From positions 248,001-312,000 of the forward strand of contig NW_002060967.1 of assembly GCF_000150275.1 (NCBI RefSeq): DNA of 64,000 bases, written 5' to 3'. This document shows, one piece after another, positions 1-14,219 of this stretch. Under the pieces are notes generated by a model. That model was not told where the DNA came from and did not search any database. It worked only from the letters and a program-made list of their open reading frames with translations. The stretch comes from Trichoplax adhaerens. Taxonomy: Eukaryota > Animalia > Placozoa. Made by a program: the position numbers and the translations under genes. Numbering within the stretch: position 1 is the first letter of the stretch; each line of letters starts with the position of its first letter.

Positions 1-3000
1 TTAAATGTCTGCCTCTTCCAGTAACTAAAATTAATAATTAGAATAAATTACAAGATGTTCAATTTAGATAGGAAACTGTTTAATCATACTAATATATGAT
101 CATTAATGATCATCAGGCCAAGTTGGATAGATGAAGAAGGAAAGTCATGCGATCGATTTGAGTTGATGACTAAATAGAGTCCATACTATCTGTTGCAATA
201 TCCCATTTCAGAAGGTGATAGGAGCAGTTAAAGACAAAGTACCAAATAAATATTGATAACGGAGCTTACTCATCTTTTTTGATATTTCGCTTTTCCTTGA
301 TGTGTGAATAGGATAGACTATGAGCTACCTGTAATGATCGATTTTTGACAAAATGAATTATACTTCTTTCAATAAATTTCACTTTTGGCAATACTATATA
401 ATCAATCTTTTCTTGAAATGGCTAAGGATAGCAATGAAGCAAGATTCACTACATACTATTATTAGCAGCTTATATATTATAAATTCTTGCTATATCATTC
501 AACTTTCTTGAAGAATTTGCACCTGATCATAAGAGTTTATCAGGGCTAGGCTAGATTTCTTTCCGCCATCTCTCAATAATAACATTTAATGATAGCTTTA
601 GCTACTCGTACATTACAGAATTTGAGTAGGTTAGCTATCAATTTAGCTACTTTACCGTGCATATAAACTAAGGAGTATATCAATTAAGCCTAAATTATGC
701 CCAAAAATGAAATTAATCTATCCTGATTAGGATTGAAATCGTTTATAAGAATATAGAAAGACCATTTTCTGATTTATATGAACTAATTATACAATTAATC
801 GAGAATGAATAAATCCAATCAAACAGATTAGTCATTATCGAACTTACATTAGGGAAGAAAAGAGTCTATTACAAGTCACTATGGGTCATTAATTATTTTA
901 ATCAATCCCATTTGAGTTAAGTAAAAGAAAAGACAATTAGTAGATCTGAGTGAAAATCTGTAATATTATGCTTCGATTTAGTTAAAGGGATAGATTAAAC
1001 TACGAACAGTTGATAAATATCTTAATCAATCAGGCTAGAAAACCTCAATGGCGATCGATATTCAACAATGATTTATGTCAAAAATACAAATTGTCAACAT
1101 TTTATTAACATAATTTCATTTCAATGTGTGCCAACCAATTTAAAATGGATAATAATATAACTTACAGATGTAACACAAGAGATTAAAAAGAAGAAATTTT
1201 AGGGAATCTTTCAGAAATGACTAATGATGTAAAATGGTTTTGATTGATAATAAATTAAATGGATGATATCGAACCAGTTAGAATACAATTAGAAATAATT
1301 ACTGTAATTAATATACCACGAAGAAAATCTTGTCAATATTTTTTCTCATCCTTGTTTATCCATCCACTGATGCTTAAAACTTGAAAGTTAAGAAATAGGG
1401 TGAAAAATCTTTTGCATAATACTAGATGACTTTGAAGTTCCTCATTTTAGAGGCTAAAGGGAGTTAATTGATTGGTTGAGGAGCGAAATCGCTGATTCTG
1501 ATAGAAGAAATGTTGATTCAAATGATAATTTAGTGAAAGAAGATATAATTTCCAATGAACTTATTCTTGATATAGATAAAACATTTCTAGGCTGAGGTTC
1601 AAATATTAATAAATAATTCTTTAATATATTTGCAAGGATTTGCTCCGGATGAGCAAACAAATAATACTATGATCCTTAAACGAGTAACTTTTAAACCCAT
1701 TTACGTACTAAGAGTTTCGCGATAATTTTTATTAAATATGAAGATGGCCAAAACACTCAATCTTGGTAGGACAAGCCATTTTTATAGAATCCTGAGAATG
1801 GCGAAAAAGTGATTTTAAGACTTGCTGACAATCTCTTACTCAATACTTAATCTTTTGATAGTTATAAGGAGATGATCATGGATAAAAGGAGAAAGGAAGA
1901 GTTAACATAGCAAATGCTGAGACTTATACATGCTGCATACTTCGACGACTGGATTGAACTTTTGCAGCATTGTATTCAACTAATCGAAAACTCTGAACAA
2001 TTAAGGCGATACTTTGAGCTAAACGATGGAATATATCCAATATTGGTTCCAATATTAATTTTATCGATCTTGTTATATAATGGAAGATATTCACGTTAAA
2101 TTCAAGACAATCGAAAATACCTCGAGAGCAAGTTGTCAAACAATAATTACGATTGCCTTTGAAAATGGTTAAAACGATTCTTAACATTAAATTGCGAACT
2201 AGGAACCTAAAAAGATCTCGGCCAAATACCAATAAAACATCCATTGCAATTTGTAAAGCCATGAAAACAGCACCAGATATGACCTCTAATTTGGCTCTAT
2301 TTATAAAGATTGAAAACGGAGGAATAGAATATCAATATTAGGAATAAAAAATTCACTACTTATACCGATAAGCTTGATAAATGATAAATAATGTTTATTC
2401 CATTTCAAGCTACGATAATATCTACTCAAAACCTTAAATACTAAATGGAATAATTCTAGGATGAAGACTTATAATGTTATTGTAATCTATGGCTGTTGTA
2501 GTGTACGTATTTTCTAATTTAATATTTGAGTATTTAGAATTTATGCATGCAGTTAAGATATTGAAGGCATAACAGTATGCCAAATTCTAGAACCGAGGTT
2601 GCAACAAGATCGATTACAATTAGAATAAACTATTAGTTTGTGCTGGAGTAACTTTTACTGTCCACTATTTTAAAACTGAGTTTGCAACAAGACTGACTAA
2701 AACTAGATTAAATTAAATATCTTGTGATGAAGCTACTTTAACTGCAGCGTAATTTAGAACTGAGCTTGCAACAAGACGGACTAGAACTAGATTGAATTAA
2801 ATATCTTGTGATAGAGAAGCTTTAACTATAGTGTATATCAGAACTGACCTTGCAAACAAGACTAACCAGAATTACTGTAGATTAAACTAAATATCTTGTG
2901 ATAGAGTAGCTTTAACTGCAGTGTATTTTAGAAGTGAGCTCGCAACAAGAATAACTAGAATGAAATAAACACCTTGCGATAGAGTACCTTAAATTGCAGC

Positions 3001-3855
3001 GTATGTTAGAACTGAGCTCGCAACAAGAATAACCAGAATTCGATTAAACTAAATATCTTGTGATAGAGAAACTTCAACTGTAGTACATTTTGAAACTGGG
3101 CTTGCAATAAGGTAGGCTAAGAGCTGATTGAAATCATTCATTCCTTACCTAATTGCTTCTTGTTTCTCAGCTAAAGGTATTTTCTGCTTTGATGTCGGTT
3201 CTTTGGTAGTAGAGGGATAATCTATCCTCTGATTATTACCTCCACTATCATCATTATGAATACTTGGTGGAGAAGGCATTTTTTGCCAATTGGCTGTTGC
3301 GGGTATAGGAGATTGCGAGCCTTCTTCTTCACTCATTGGTAGATAGGATTTTTTACTAGCCTTGCCAGTAGGTTGAATAAGTTGGCTTTGATTACCTGGT
3401 TGGCGTCCTACCACCGGTTCAAAATTATAGGGTGGCCGTTCATCAGATAGAACTGGAATATCGGATCGACTACTACTACTATGTCTACTCATTGTCGTTG
3501 CTAATTGCATCTGGCTACCATGAGTGGATGAATGATCGCCATCTTGTTCATTGTCCAGGGTACGGCGACGATCAGTAAATGTCATCACGCCATCATCACT
3601 TTTTTTACTGCTTAAGCTTACTTTTAATCGATTGGTTTTAGGTTTAGGTGGTGGTATTGGATTGATATCCGCCGATTGACTGGATGATGGCTGAGGATGA
3701 CTTATATTGCTATCAGTTAATGTTTTCAAGACTTGACCCGTTTGTAGATTGCTCCTCAATTTACTTCCACTACGATCATCATTATCCGATAATCCTGGTG
3801 GTTTATTTTCGGAAATACTATCCCAATCGGAACCAGATTCTTCTGAACTCATCAT
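1..3855 (-). CDS. Partial multi-exon gene (continues past left edge) with long disordered N-terminus; possibly transmembrane channel-like (TMC) family
   Basis: Exon 3855-3149: ATG has an in-frame TAA just upstream, an acceptor tttcctttag near 3921, and donor gtaagg. Exon 317-270 (donor gtaagc) and exon 24-1 (acceptor attaattttag) splice in phase to ...AEKQEAISLSYSHIKEKRNIKKDDYWKRQTF. The AI-x7-EKRxI/LR/K spacing resembles, from memory, the pre-membrane helix of TMC4-7 proteins. The gene is well supported; the family call is weak. Confidence 0.6.
1455..2341 (+). pseudogene. Degraded coding remnant, antisense inside an intron of the first gene
   Basis: Protein-like stretches are broken by stops and frameshifts: RELIDWLRSEIADSDRRNVDSNDNLVKEDIISNELILDIDKTFLG*, DKRRKEELT*QMLRLIHAAYFDDWIELLQHCIQLIENSEQLRRYFEL, and LPLKMVKTILNIKLRTRNLK...IEYQY*. 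The minus-strand ORFs here look like antisense shadows. Family not recognised. Confidence 0.4.
2580..3120. repeat. Degenerate ~83-bp tandem repeat, about 7 copies (intronic minisatellite)
   Basis: Core t/cgcaacaaga...aaatatcttgtgatagag...tttaactgcag...agaactgagc recurs near 2599, 2682, 2766, 2850, 2940, 3018 and 3102. Confidence 0.9.
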
Positions 3856-4194
3856 TTAACAACTTATATCGGTCAGAATTAAAACCAATTGACAAGGAAG
3901 ATGGCGATACCAGCGAAGCTAAAGGAAAGGTAAAAACAACAACAATAAAAGAAAATACGTCAACAACATCCTCTCTAATGTATTATTAATTGATGAAATA
4001 CCATCTATCCAATAATAATATTATTTAAGAGAAAAGAAAGCAGTGAATAATCATAAGATATTGAGATATAAAATATAAAAACAATCAAAATGATAGAATA
4101 TTAAAATAGGTAAAATAGATAGTAGCAGTTGAGTGCTTTCACCAAATAGTTTAAGGAAGGGATCCGGTAAAAGATGGATAAATAGAAGTTGTGA

Positions 4195-5040
4195 TACAAA
4201 AGTTATTTCCAATCGAGATAGTGTTGCAAAATAGTTTCAAATGGACCTCCAAAACTTTTACTATTAGCATTATTTATGAGTATAAAATGACAAAACAGGA
4301 TATTTTTCTTGTAAGTGATTGCAACACGATTATATGCATGCTAACGGAATATAATAATGTTAACTGCAGTCTTTTCTCTTAGTAAGCATTTAAATAGCAT
4401 GGTAGGGCAAGACAAGATGAATATGGATTATAATTGGGATACAAAATGCTAAACTACGTTTAGTCTATTGTAGATTTATTATTTACAGGCCAAATAAGCG
4501 AGCTCGGTTTACTTGGAATATGAAAATATCGGGGCGAAATAAATATTTCCCGTTGAGTATGTATAAAATATTTCCAATTGAACTTCACAGTCTTCTATTA
4601 GCATTATGTCTTGAGCATAAGATGACAAGCAGATTTGTTGACAGTCCAAATAAGTGAGCTCTCTTTACTATGGGATATGAAAAAGTTGGGCAAAATTAAT
4701 ACTTTCCGGTGAGTATGTATAAAAATATTTTCAATTAGAACTCCATAGTCTAATAACTGCTAGTATTATTTCATGAGCATAAGGTGACAAAACAGAAGGG
4801 GGTAAATTTATAATATTTATTTGTAAGTAATTGCAAAACGATTGCCTGTATGTTAACGGAATGTAAAAGTATTAAAATGCGGTTATTTTCCTTAGCTAAA
4901 TGTTTAAATACCATAGTAGCACAAGATAAGAACATTGTGGATTGTAATTAGGATACAAACTCTAAACTACATCTAATGTCGATTTATTGATAGCTCAAAT
5001 ATCTGAGCTCCCTTTATCTGAAATATGAAATTGCTAGACA
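4195..5040. repeat. Degenerate local duplications
   Basis: ttgtaagt(g/a)attgcaa...taacggaat...caagataa/gaa...ggatacaaa at ~4310-4450 and ~4820-4960; caaataag.gagctc at ~4490, ~4647 and ~4996. Confidence 0.75.
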
Positions 5041-6810
5041 AGATCAATACCCATTTATAATTTTACCTAAATGATGCTGCTCTTCTAGTAAGTTTGCTTC
5101 TGGTATCGTTGAAGAGATTCAATTTTGTCTATCTAATCCGAGCTGAAAGACTATCTCGAATAATAACTATACCTGCAATCTTATGTCTCTTTGTAATAAA
5201 TATAGACGAATTGGGATATCTTTTCAGGGAACTCATAATTCTCAAAATAACGCGAACTGGAAGACTATATCGTACTGCTATGAAGAGTCTACAAGTATTG
5301 ATCCAATTCAGGACGAGTTAAGTAAGTTAATAGCCACTTAAGATTACCCTCTATCCTCTGCTATCCTTAGGTATACTTCAAAATATCATCTAAACGAATC
5401 CGCCATTGAATCCATTACAAGAAAAATAACCGACTTTGTTTATAACGTTCAATATAATCATACGTTAAATGAGACTGAATAGATTGATCATCTCTAGGTT
5501 TCCATTCTTATTAGCAGTAGGTTAAATTGATTTAGCGATCTTTTATGTTGTTAATACGTCGAGTTATGGAATTAATGCCCAAAAATGTTGAATTCAATAG
5601 TTATTAATTATTATCACCATCATTGTCAAGGTCAATAAGAATCGATTTTGTCTTTTTACCCCTTAAATAGATTGCCAGGGGCTACTCTACAGTACTTTTA
5701 CTCTTAGCTGTATGCACGATGTATAGAGAGAAGACAACAAAGAAATACAGCTAATAACTTCCTCCGTGTTATTTTTAAATGCCTAATAGAAAAATGCGGT
5801 TAATAACTTCATCCATGTTTGCTTTTCGATATCCGATATAATCGATACTACGACGATTAAATCATTTCTTCTTCAATTTGCTCTTCTAGTTCTCAGGGAA
5901 ATGTCGAATATTAGCCTTTAGTCTACGCAAAAGTTTTTACTCATCTGCGAAGGATGAATATCTTTAGGAAAGTTAGCCTATACATGGCCCATCATCTAAA
6001 ATCATTTAGCAGTTTCTTAAAGTTAATACATTTGAGATAGCTACTTATGTCATTTTTCTATTCTAAGCGACCAATTATTCCTGTCATTAGTAAAGTGTTC
6101 CACTTTATTAGCAGATCTATCTTCTATTCCTACATTGATTTATTCCAGTTAAGTGTCTGTACCGATTGGGAAGTGCTCACTACTTTCATGCTAAATTATT
6201 CCTCTATGAAAAAGAGAAAGTAACAGCTAAATAATTTTTCCTTGCCTCCTTTATTAACCTTCTTTTAAATAACCAAGCACTTGCTACTGCTATGTATATA
6301 GTTTCATTTGGATGGAGAAATGTATCAAATTTTGTTCGTTTTTGAAGCAAAATGAGGAGATAGATACATTACTTGATATGGAGATTTAGCTAAGCAAGAT
6401 CATATTAATTTTACAACACTCAACGATCGATTTCATTGAAAAAGTAGCAAAGGTATAATCCGATTAGGTTCTACTGAGTTTAAAATGATGTGACAAGATT
6501 AACATTGAAGGAAGAATTAAAACTGAAAGATGTTGATGAGTTCAACCACAGTCTGCAACGACCTTGGATATAAAGCAAAAATCATTTCGGTTACTTATAG
6601 ACGTCAGCATACTATCAATAACATTTAATCCTATCTTCTTCAATGCCAATGAATCTTATCGTCATCATTTCTATTTTTTTGATACATCGAGACGATGATA
6701 AACTGGATTGTAGATAGAAGATTTTCTTTAGTTAATATTATAGTCACTATGAATAAAATTAAGATACAATGAACTGCTCTCATTTAAACCCAAGATATTG
6801 GATACCGACG

Positions 6811-6860
6811 ATATATATATATGTTATGTTATGTTATGTTATGTTATGTTATTATGTTAT
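6811..6860. repeat. Compound microsatellite (AT)n-(ATGTT)n
   Basis: atatatatat atgttatgttatgttatgtt... read directly. Confidence 0.95.
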
Positions 6861-8369
6861 ACATTAAGAACTCAGATTATTTACAACTATCCAACCCGGA
6901 AATTATCCATGATGGAGAGGCAGCTCCATCTTAAGAGGTATTATTGATATTTCACTGGAATGTTCAACACGATTGATTTATTCTAATTTATACGGTAATT
7001 ATCCATCATTAATTTGGATTATAGACAGCAAAGATAGCATCGATTCAAGATAAAAAAAAGTTCGATTAGCTTTCAAATATTGACGTGAGTAAATTCTAAT
7101 CAAGGCTGATCGCATCAATCGTAATCGATAGTAAATAGTTGACCATTGACACAACGAGTTGCGGCAAAAGAGTAAAGTTAAATGAAATAATGCTAACAGA
7201 ATTGAAAGTTTCTCTGTATGCTGACAAAGATGAATTTGACTGTATGTAAAATTAGGGTTAATTGTGATAGTGGCAGAATTAAAGCTCTAGAAATAAACCG
7301 ATGCTATCAATTTACTTAATGAGTGGGAAAACTTTCTTAGCGGAATAAAATCCTTTAAAATTAGCCAATAAAAGCTGAGACATCGAATTCACAGTTGAAT
7401 ACATAACAAGAGAGTGAGAAAATTTTGAAATAAATTGTGGGCTTATTTTGCGGAGAAAAGGGTTAAAGAATTTTAGCCAAACTCAATGTTCTCTGCTAGG
7501 TTAACATCGTGGCAATTTATATTAACTCCAGAAATGAATAAGTGGAAAAGAATTCATATTGTCGACAGATTTATTACAGGGGGTAAAGTATTTTAATTAT
7601 TAACTCATTGTCCAAGACTAGAACCTTTACTCGAAATAGAATATTTCTTTAATAGGCGAAGAATGGCACCAAGAGTGATTTTTACTATCACTTCAGTAGA
7701 ACATTGTTTCAAACGGATAAAAGAAAGGTTTCTATCACGAATTACAGATTGAAAACTTGTACAGATTAGCGTCTCGGATTCAAGAATGAAGACCAATTAT
7801 ACGTAAATATATTATGAAGAACGGAGGATTGAATTTTTTTAACTTAAAACATGCTACTCTTGACCATCTTCATCCCCTCATTATTGAATAAAGGTTGGAA
7901 AGAGGGTCGTCATGATAGCTGCCGTAATTATATTAGAAGTTGTTGTGATCTGATATAGTCTTAATTAACGGTAAAGACATTATCACTTATCATCATTCTC
8001 TATGGCAATGTATCAAGATTGATTATTTTGCTTGACGCAGCTGATTTTATTGCTTAGTACTTTCATCAGCTATATATCAAGGTTTATAATAGATGATTGT
8101 AGCTGATATAACGATGGGATGAGAGTAGCTACAATCTGATGTATTAGAGATAGTGAACATTTCTAATCATCATTATCCACCTTAATTGACCTAGATTCAA
8201 TATTAAACTAATACGATTGATAACTACCATCGCTATGACAGTGGCAAGTTAAATCTTCGATATTTTTTAACAAATAGAAATGACTCCCTTTAATGTAATT
8301 GCAATCAGATATGGACCTAGCTGAAGGCAATATCGTTAATAAACATCTTTAGCGATCATGTAGTCATTT

Positions 8370-9015
8370 GGAAATTCAACTGGATGCAACTTGTGCTATT
8401 TCTCCATGCAGCCTTCCTATATTAAGGCTTATAACGCAATACTTTTTAGGGATATATCCATCTGATTAGATAGATAATAAGCTAAGCTAACAACTCGCTC
8501 GTCTATCTTCATTATCCACTCTATTCTGCTATCGATAAGTACTTCCTGAATCGATTGAACCAAGGAATTACGGATGATATGGTTAATACATCTTCATGCA
8601 GCTAACCTCTATCAAGGCAAATTACAGTAGATAAATAATAAAATTAAGCGAACAACTTGCTCATCTATACTCGATTATTCGTTCTGTTTTGCGATCGAAA
8701 AAGTACTTCTTTAATCGATTGAATCAGTAAATTAAGAATGGGATGATTAACAAAGTCTGATAGAGAATGTGGCTGAGTTCAAATTGATCTTCATGCAACC
8801 TCCCTATATCAAGACTCATAACATAATGTATTTTATGGGTATAGATATCCAATTAGATAAATAATATAACCAAGCTAACAACTCGTTCGTCGATAATCAT
8901 TATCCGTTCTATTTTTCGATCGAAAAAGTATTTCCTCAATCGCTTGAACCAGAGAATTAAGAATGAAATGATTAATGTAGTCTAGAGAAGAGTGCAATTG
9001 AGTTCAAATTGGCAA
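8370..9015. repeat. Degenerate tandem duplications, ~190-390 bp spacing
   Basis: catgcagcc/catgcaacc...tagataa...aacaact(c/t)g(c/t)tc...attat(c/t)c...aagtacttc at ~8405, ~8595 and ~8792. Confidence 0.75.
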
Positions 9016-9859
9016 ATATCAAACGTTTGAAGACGATTAATATTCCTTAAAAGTACACAAATCGACAACCAAAAAATGAAGGTAGAATGTCTAGATGGAA
9101 TGAACTTTGAAAGAAAGATGAATGGTTCATGATTGCAAAAGATAAAAATTGACTATCTATTGGCAGAATACATAGAGCAGAAATGATGAAATTAAAATAG
9201 CAATCTAGTCTACTCACTTCCTTCCTGGTGAGAATAAAATCGTTTATGGTATTGATGGTTAGTAACTGTAAAGAGAACAAGAAATAGTCTTGTTGAAAAT
9301 GATTTTCAAAACGTTGCCAGTCCAAAGCTTGGAGTAATGATCAAGTTTCGATCGATTATTGTAGTAATCACAGGGAAAATCCGTTGAAATAGCTTAATAG
9401 AATTGTAAGTGTAATGGATAAAAGTCTTTCAGGTTAGGATCGTTGCATCCTACTCGTCTTTCTCAACATGGAATGTGGGCTTCAATTGATAGCCAATCGA
9501 CGTTATGAATAGCTCTTCTCGATGTCGTAAAATAGAGAGTAACCACTATAGATAGAAGTTAATATTCAACAATCATAACAACAGGCAACATTTCAAAATA
9601 GTCCACTCATTTAATGCCTTCAATGGGAGCCCAATATCTCAATCGATTCCTACTATTGATCAATTTGAATGTCGATGGTAAAAATAACGGCAATTGTGAC
9701 ATCATCTATTTGAACTTCCATGGCGGACAAAGGTTTATTTTGTCATTTAAATTATTTCCTAGCAACAATACTGACGTTCAACACTATACAAGTCGAGTAG
9801 TCTTTATTTCGATCATGGCTAACATCAAGACCTAATTGGACCTAGTATAGTATACATTA

Positions 9860-10770
9860 ATTAGTCAGAGTAGATGGAAAGGTGTATCTTGATAATGATT
9901 TATTGTTGTTTTCATCTTTCATTTCAATCACAGGTGATTGATAGTCTACTATTTTCTATATCATAAGAGCTGATAAGGCCTCGATATTAGATATGATCTA
10001 TCATATATGGATTGGGTAAACGGTTAATCGAGGAGTATAATTGCAAGATAAGTTATTGTTTGATCTTTCATTACAGTCGTTACATATTGAGTGGAAACTA
10101 TTTTCTAGGTCAGTATGGAGAAAGACTTGATAAAGTCTTGATATGGGACATGAATTGGGCAACCAGTTCATGTAGAGGTCTATTTTAATGATCATTTATT
10201 GTTATTTTCATCTTTCATTGCAATCATTAGCGATTGATAGTCTAACGTTTCCCTTAAAGATAATTGATTACCGTTGTCATTCATTGAAGCCGTTAGAGAT
10301 TGGATGTAAACTATTTTCTTGATCAGCACATTAAAAGACTCGACAAGGTCTTGATATTGGATAGTCTATCATGCACGAATTAGGTAAACAGTGAATGCAG
10401 AAATACATTTAAATGATCATTTATTATTATTTTCATCTAGTATTGCAATGGTCAGCGATTGATAGTCTAGCATTTTCATTTCAACATGTCGAGGGAGTTG
10501 ATTCGATCTTCCTATTCGACATAAAGGCAATTTTTTGGTAATGGTTTATTGTTGTTTTCATCTTTCATTGCAATCATGAGTGGCTGATGGACTACTATTT
10601 TGTGTATCAGCATATACATTAAACGAATGGTTAAGATCTGGTATTCGTCAAAGTATATCATACATTAATTATTAATTAGGTAAAGAGTTAACATGAAATT
10701 ATTTTGATGCTGATTTTTTCTTCATCTTCCATTACAATTATCATTGATTGATAGTCTGTCATTTCTTTGT
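9860..10770. repeat. Degenerate repeat array, about 5 copies
   Basis: tttattgttgttttcatctttcattgcaatca...gattgatagtct recurs near 9899, 10196, 10421, 10545 and 10715. Confidence 0.85.
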
Positions 10771-13700
10771 TAGTGTGCTAAAGAGTCACAACTGTATTGA
10801 AATAATATAGTTGTAGTTCTCAATTGAAATCGATTGCATCAAATATAAAAAAATTGGATGTAATGGCTAAAACTACAGTCCCACCGACATGATCATTACC
10901 TAGGCTAAGACAACATTCTGCAATTATTCTGTTTTCTCCATCTGATATGATCAACATACAATTTTAATAATAACGACTGGTTTTGTTTCGTTTTGAACAA
11001 TATAACACTTTTCAATCCTTTTCATTGCTCCTAGGAAGAAATGAATAATTCATTTTGTCAATTTAGCCAACTGGTCATTAATTTTATATTGTATAACCAG
11101 TATCGATATTATCCATATTAGAATGAATGCAATATCAGGTGTTTTAATGCGATCAAATCTAGCTAAAAATTAGTCTTATCAACTCTAAAGAATTTCGACA
11201 CAATTTAAGGGAAAGAAATAATAGTCATTAACGTCTTGTTAGCCTTGTTATATCTGAATCAGAGGAAAGACTTGATAAATAGGATGATGTTGAAACAAAA
11301 TGAACTTTTTTCAAAATTTTAGTGCGCGTACAGTAAAGTGAGCCAAATAAAAATGGATTAAAATAGTACTCACTACAGTAGTAGCTTCAACTACGAGGCA
11401 TGTGATCATGATTATTCTGATTCTCTTGCTGGATAATCTGAAATTGAGAAATAAAGACTGGCCAATGCATGAGCTATTATAGATTATACCTTATCCATTA
11501 AAAATACCAACGGATACGATAATTACCATTTTTTATCTAATTTAGAAATTAAGCAACTTAATCTGCTGAATGATTTATGACTTTGCAGTTGTATTTTGTA
11601 CTGGCTTACATTCATTAATAGTAATAGCTTGATAATTAAATGAAGTTAGAAATCTTGTAAAGGATTTAATGAAGTAATCTCCTATATATTTTTCAGTGAT
11701 GATGATAAAATGATAGTAAAAATTCGTAACAATGTATTTCTCGTTTAATGTCATAAAAAAATAGCCGAGCTCACTTTTATGTAATCGTTGAATTTATTTA
11801 AAATAAAAGTTAAGCATGCCATATTGGTTTAGTAGACAGGTGAGTTTGATTTAATTAAGGGCCGAATTGTTGCTAGAAACAAATGGAAACAGTTTGAGAG
11901 ATTTGTAGTATTTACAATTAATTCGAAGTTCGATGCTTATATACAGATAATAGCTAGGGCGAAAACGATTATAGTGATACTTTGGTTTACACAGTATTAA
12001 ATTAAACATGTTTTTCGCCTCTACGTATTGTAATAGGCTTTCCTGATGGTTACATACTGTATATACTTTTAAGGATTCATAGATTCTATGGAAAGATTTT
12101 TAATAATTTCATTATAAAATGTGGAAAGTAGTAAGATAAATATAACGATATTAAGAACATTTTTAGTGAATATGAAAAATGTTTTCGAACGAATTATGGT
12201 AGGTATTACCGTTAATTGTCGAATTTATAATTAAATTTCAAGTAATTAAGGTCACAACGATAGCTTTTATCACTATTATCAAAATTATGTTTACGTGTAT
12301 TTACTAGCAGGTTCTGGATAGTTAATAAATTATGATATAAGGTATCGATTTGGCTGGTCATATGGAAGATTTCTAAGAGATTCAATTTGATCAGCTAACA
12401 ATATAGATGAACGATAGGCATCTATACTAGCGGCCTATTTATATAAGAACCATAAATAAGGATATTTTATATTGATAATTGTTAAGTTATATCATTACGG
12501 AATTGCTTTCAATGTATTATAACACAAAATGAATCATATTCAGTTTTAGATGATAAAATTGATGCTGTCATAGCAATGATTTTTGCGGGTATAATTTTAC
12601 AAGTAGATCTTATTCTGCAGTGACTTTTTCCATTTCAATGGCTTTTGAATTGATAGCTTAAAACATTACTTTTAATGTACTATTTGATAAGGTTATTCCA
12701 CATTAAATTTTAGATCACAAAATGGATGCAGTCATAACGATCATTTTTGCTAGTATAGCTTGCAAGGCTATTTTACATTAATATTTATCTTTATAATGGT
12801 TATTTTCAAACTGAAGTTTGATACCGCTGTCGTTTTAATTACCGCTATGAATTTTCAATTTTATCGATTGATGATGAGTAGTATCATTTTATACTATAAA
12901 ATGCACTGTACTATTGAATAAATATACTATGTTGATGATAGAATAGAGGATAAAGCATCATAAAAGGTAAAAAATAAGGCAATTTAGCGTAATTTATGAC
13001 GGAGAAATTAGCGATAGCTATTCAAAGACCGCTTAATGAGCTTACAGTATTCTAGTATGTATTTAGAATTGAATTGAAATTGGATATCATTATCGTTTCG
13101 ATTATCCTCTCGAACTTTAAAGTTCATCGATTATGGAAATGATGGGATAATGGAATAGAAAATTCAATACTTAACGTTCATCGTATAGAACTATCGAAAA
13201 AAATACTCTGTCAAGGATAGAGTGCAGAATAGTGTCGAAACAGAAAGCAATGGTACTGTATCTACTTTACTACAACGACCATGCTTGTCAATTTTACTTG
13301 TGTATCCGACTATCTGTGTGTGGATAGCAAATGTTGGGACAAAACATGTAAGCCTATAGACACCATTATACAAGAATACTGTACAGTATAGGACATATAA
13401 ATGTGTTCTATAACATATACATAGACAATACAGCTTATACTTTCATTTAAATTCGATATTCTTATTGTTGCAATTTATCCTTTTAAATTTTAAGTTTTAT
13501 TCATTGTGCAAGTGATGAAAGCTAAAATGGAATACTATGAACTCCACTCACTATTGAAAAGATGCTTCGTAAACGATAGAGAGAATCAAGTGTTAAAACA
13601 GAAAGAAATACAGTAGTATATGCTTTGCTTTGAAGACTATTCTGGTAACGTATCCTGTTCTATTACCTATCTCACGAGTCTACGAGCAAGTTACTTATAA

Positions 13701-14219
13701 ACAGCATACGAGTATCCATCCCTTAATAAACAATAACGCTGTACAGTCTATACGTACAACGGTCATCCTTGTCATTTTATTTCAATGGCCTGTATATTTA
13801 CTTTTCAATTTGGACATCAGTATTGCTGCAATGAATCGTTTTCAATTTTTCAATTTCATCCATTGTGGAAATGATCAATAATCAATCCCAATTTAACAGC
13901 ATGAAATTCACTTACTAGTAGCTGCAGAGTACCGTATGGTATCCCTCAAGAACTCCACTAATGATAGAGGTGGAGAATAAGCCTGGTCAAGAACGTGTCT
14001 GCACTGATCAATTCTTTGCTAAAACTATTCAACTCATGATGCATATTTATCTGAACTCATCCACAAAGTTTCGCTTAATTTAATCAACGTTTACTATACA
14101 GAAATAGTACTGTGCAAGTATATATATATATACGTGATGAGGATCATTTTCGCTTATGGTCGATTTTACTCTATCAATCCTGAACAATTCAAACTAAAAT
14201 AGATGTTTTGTCCAGCTTA

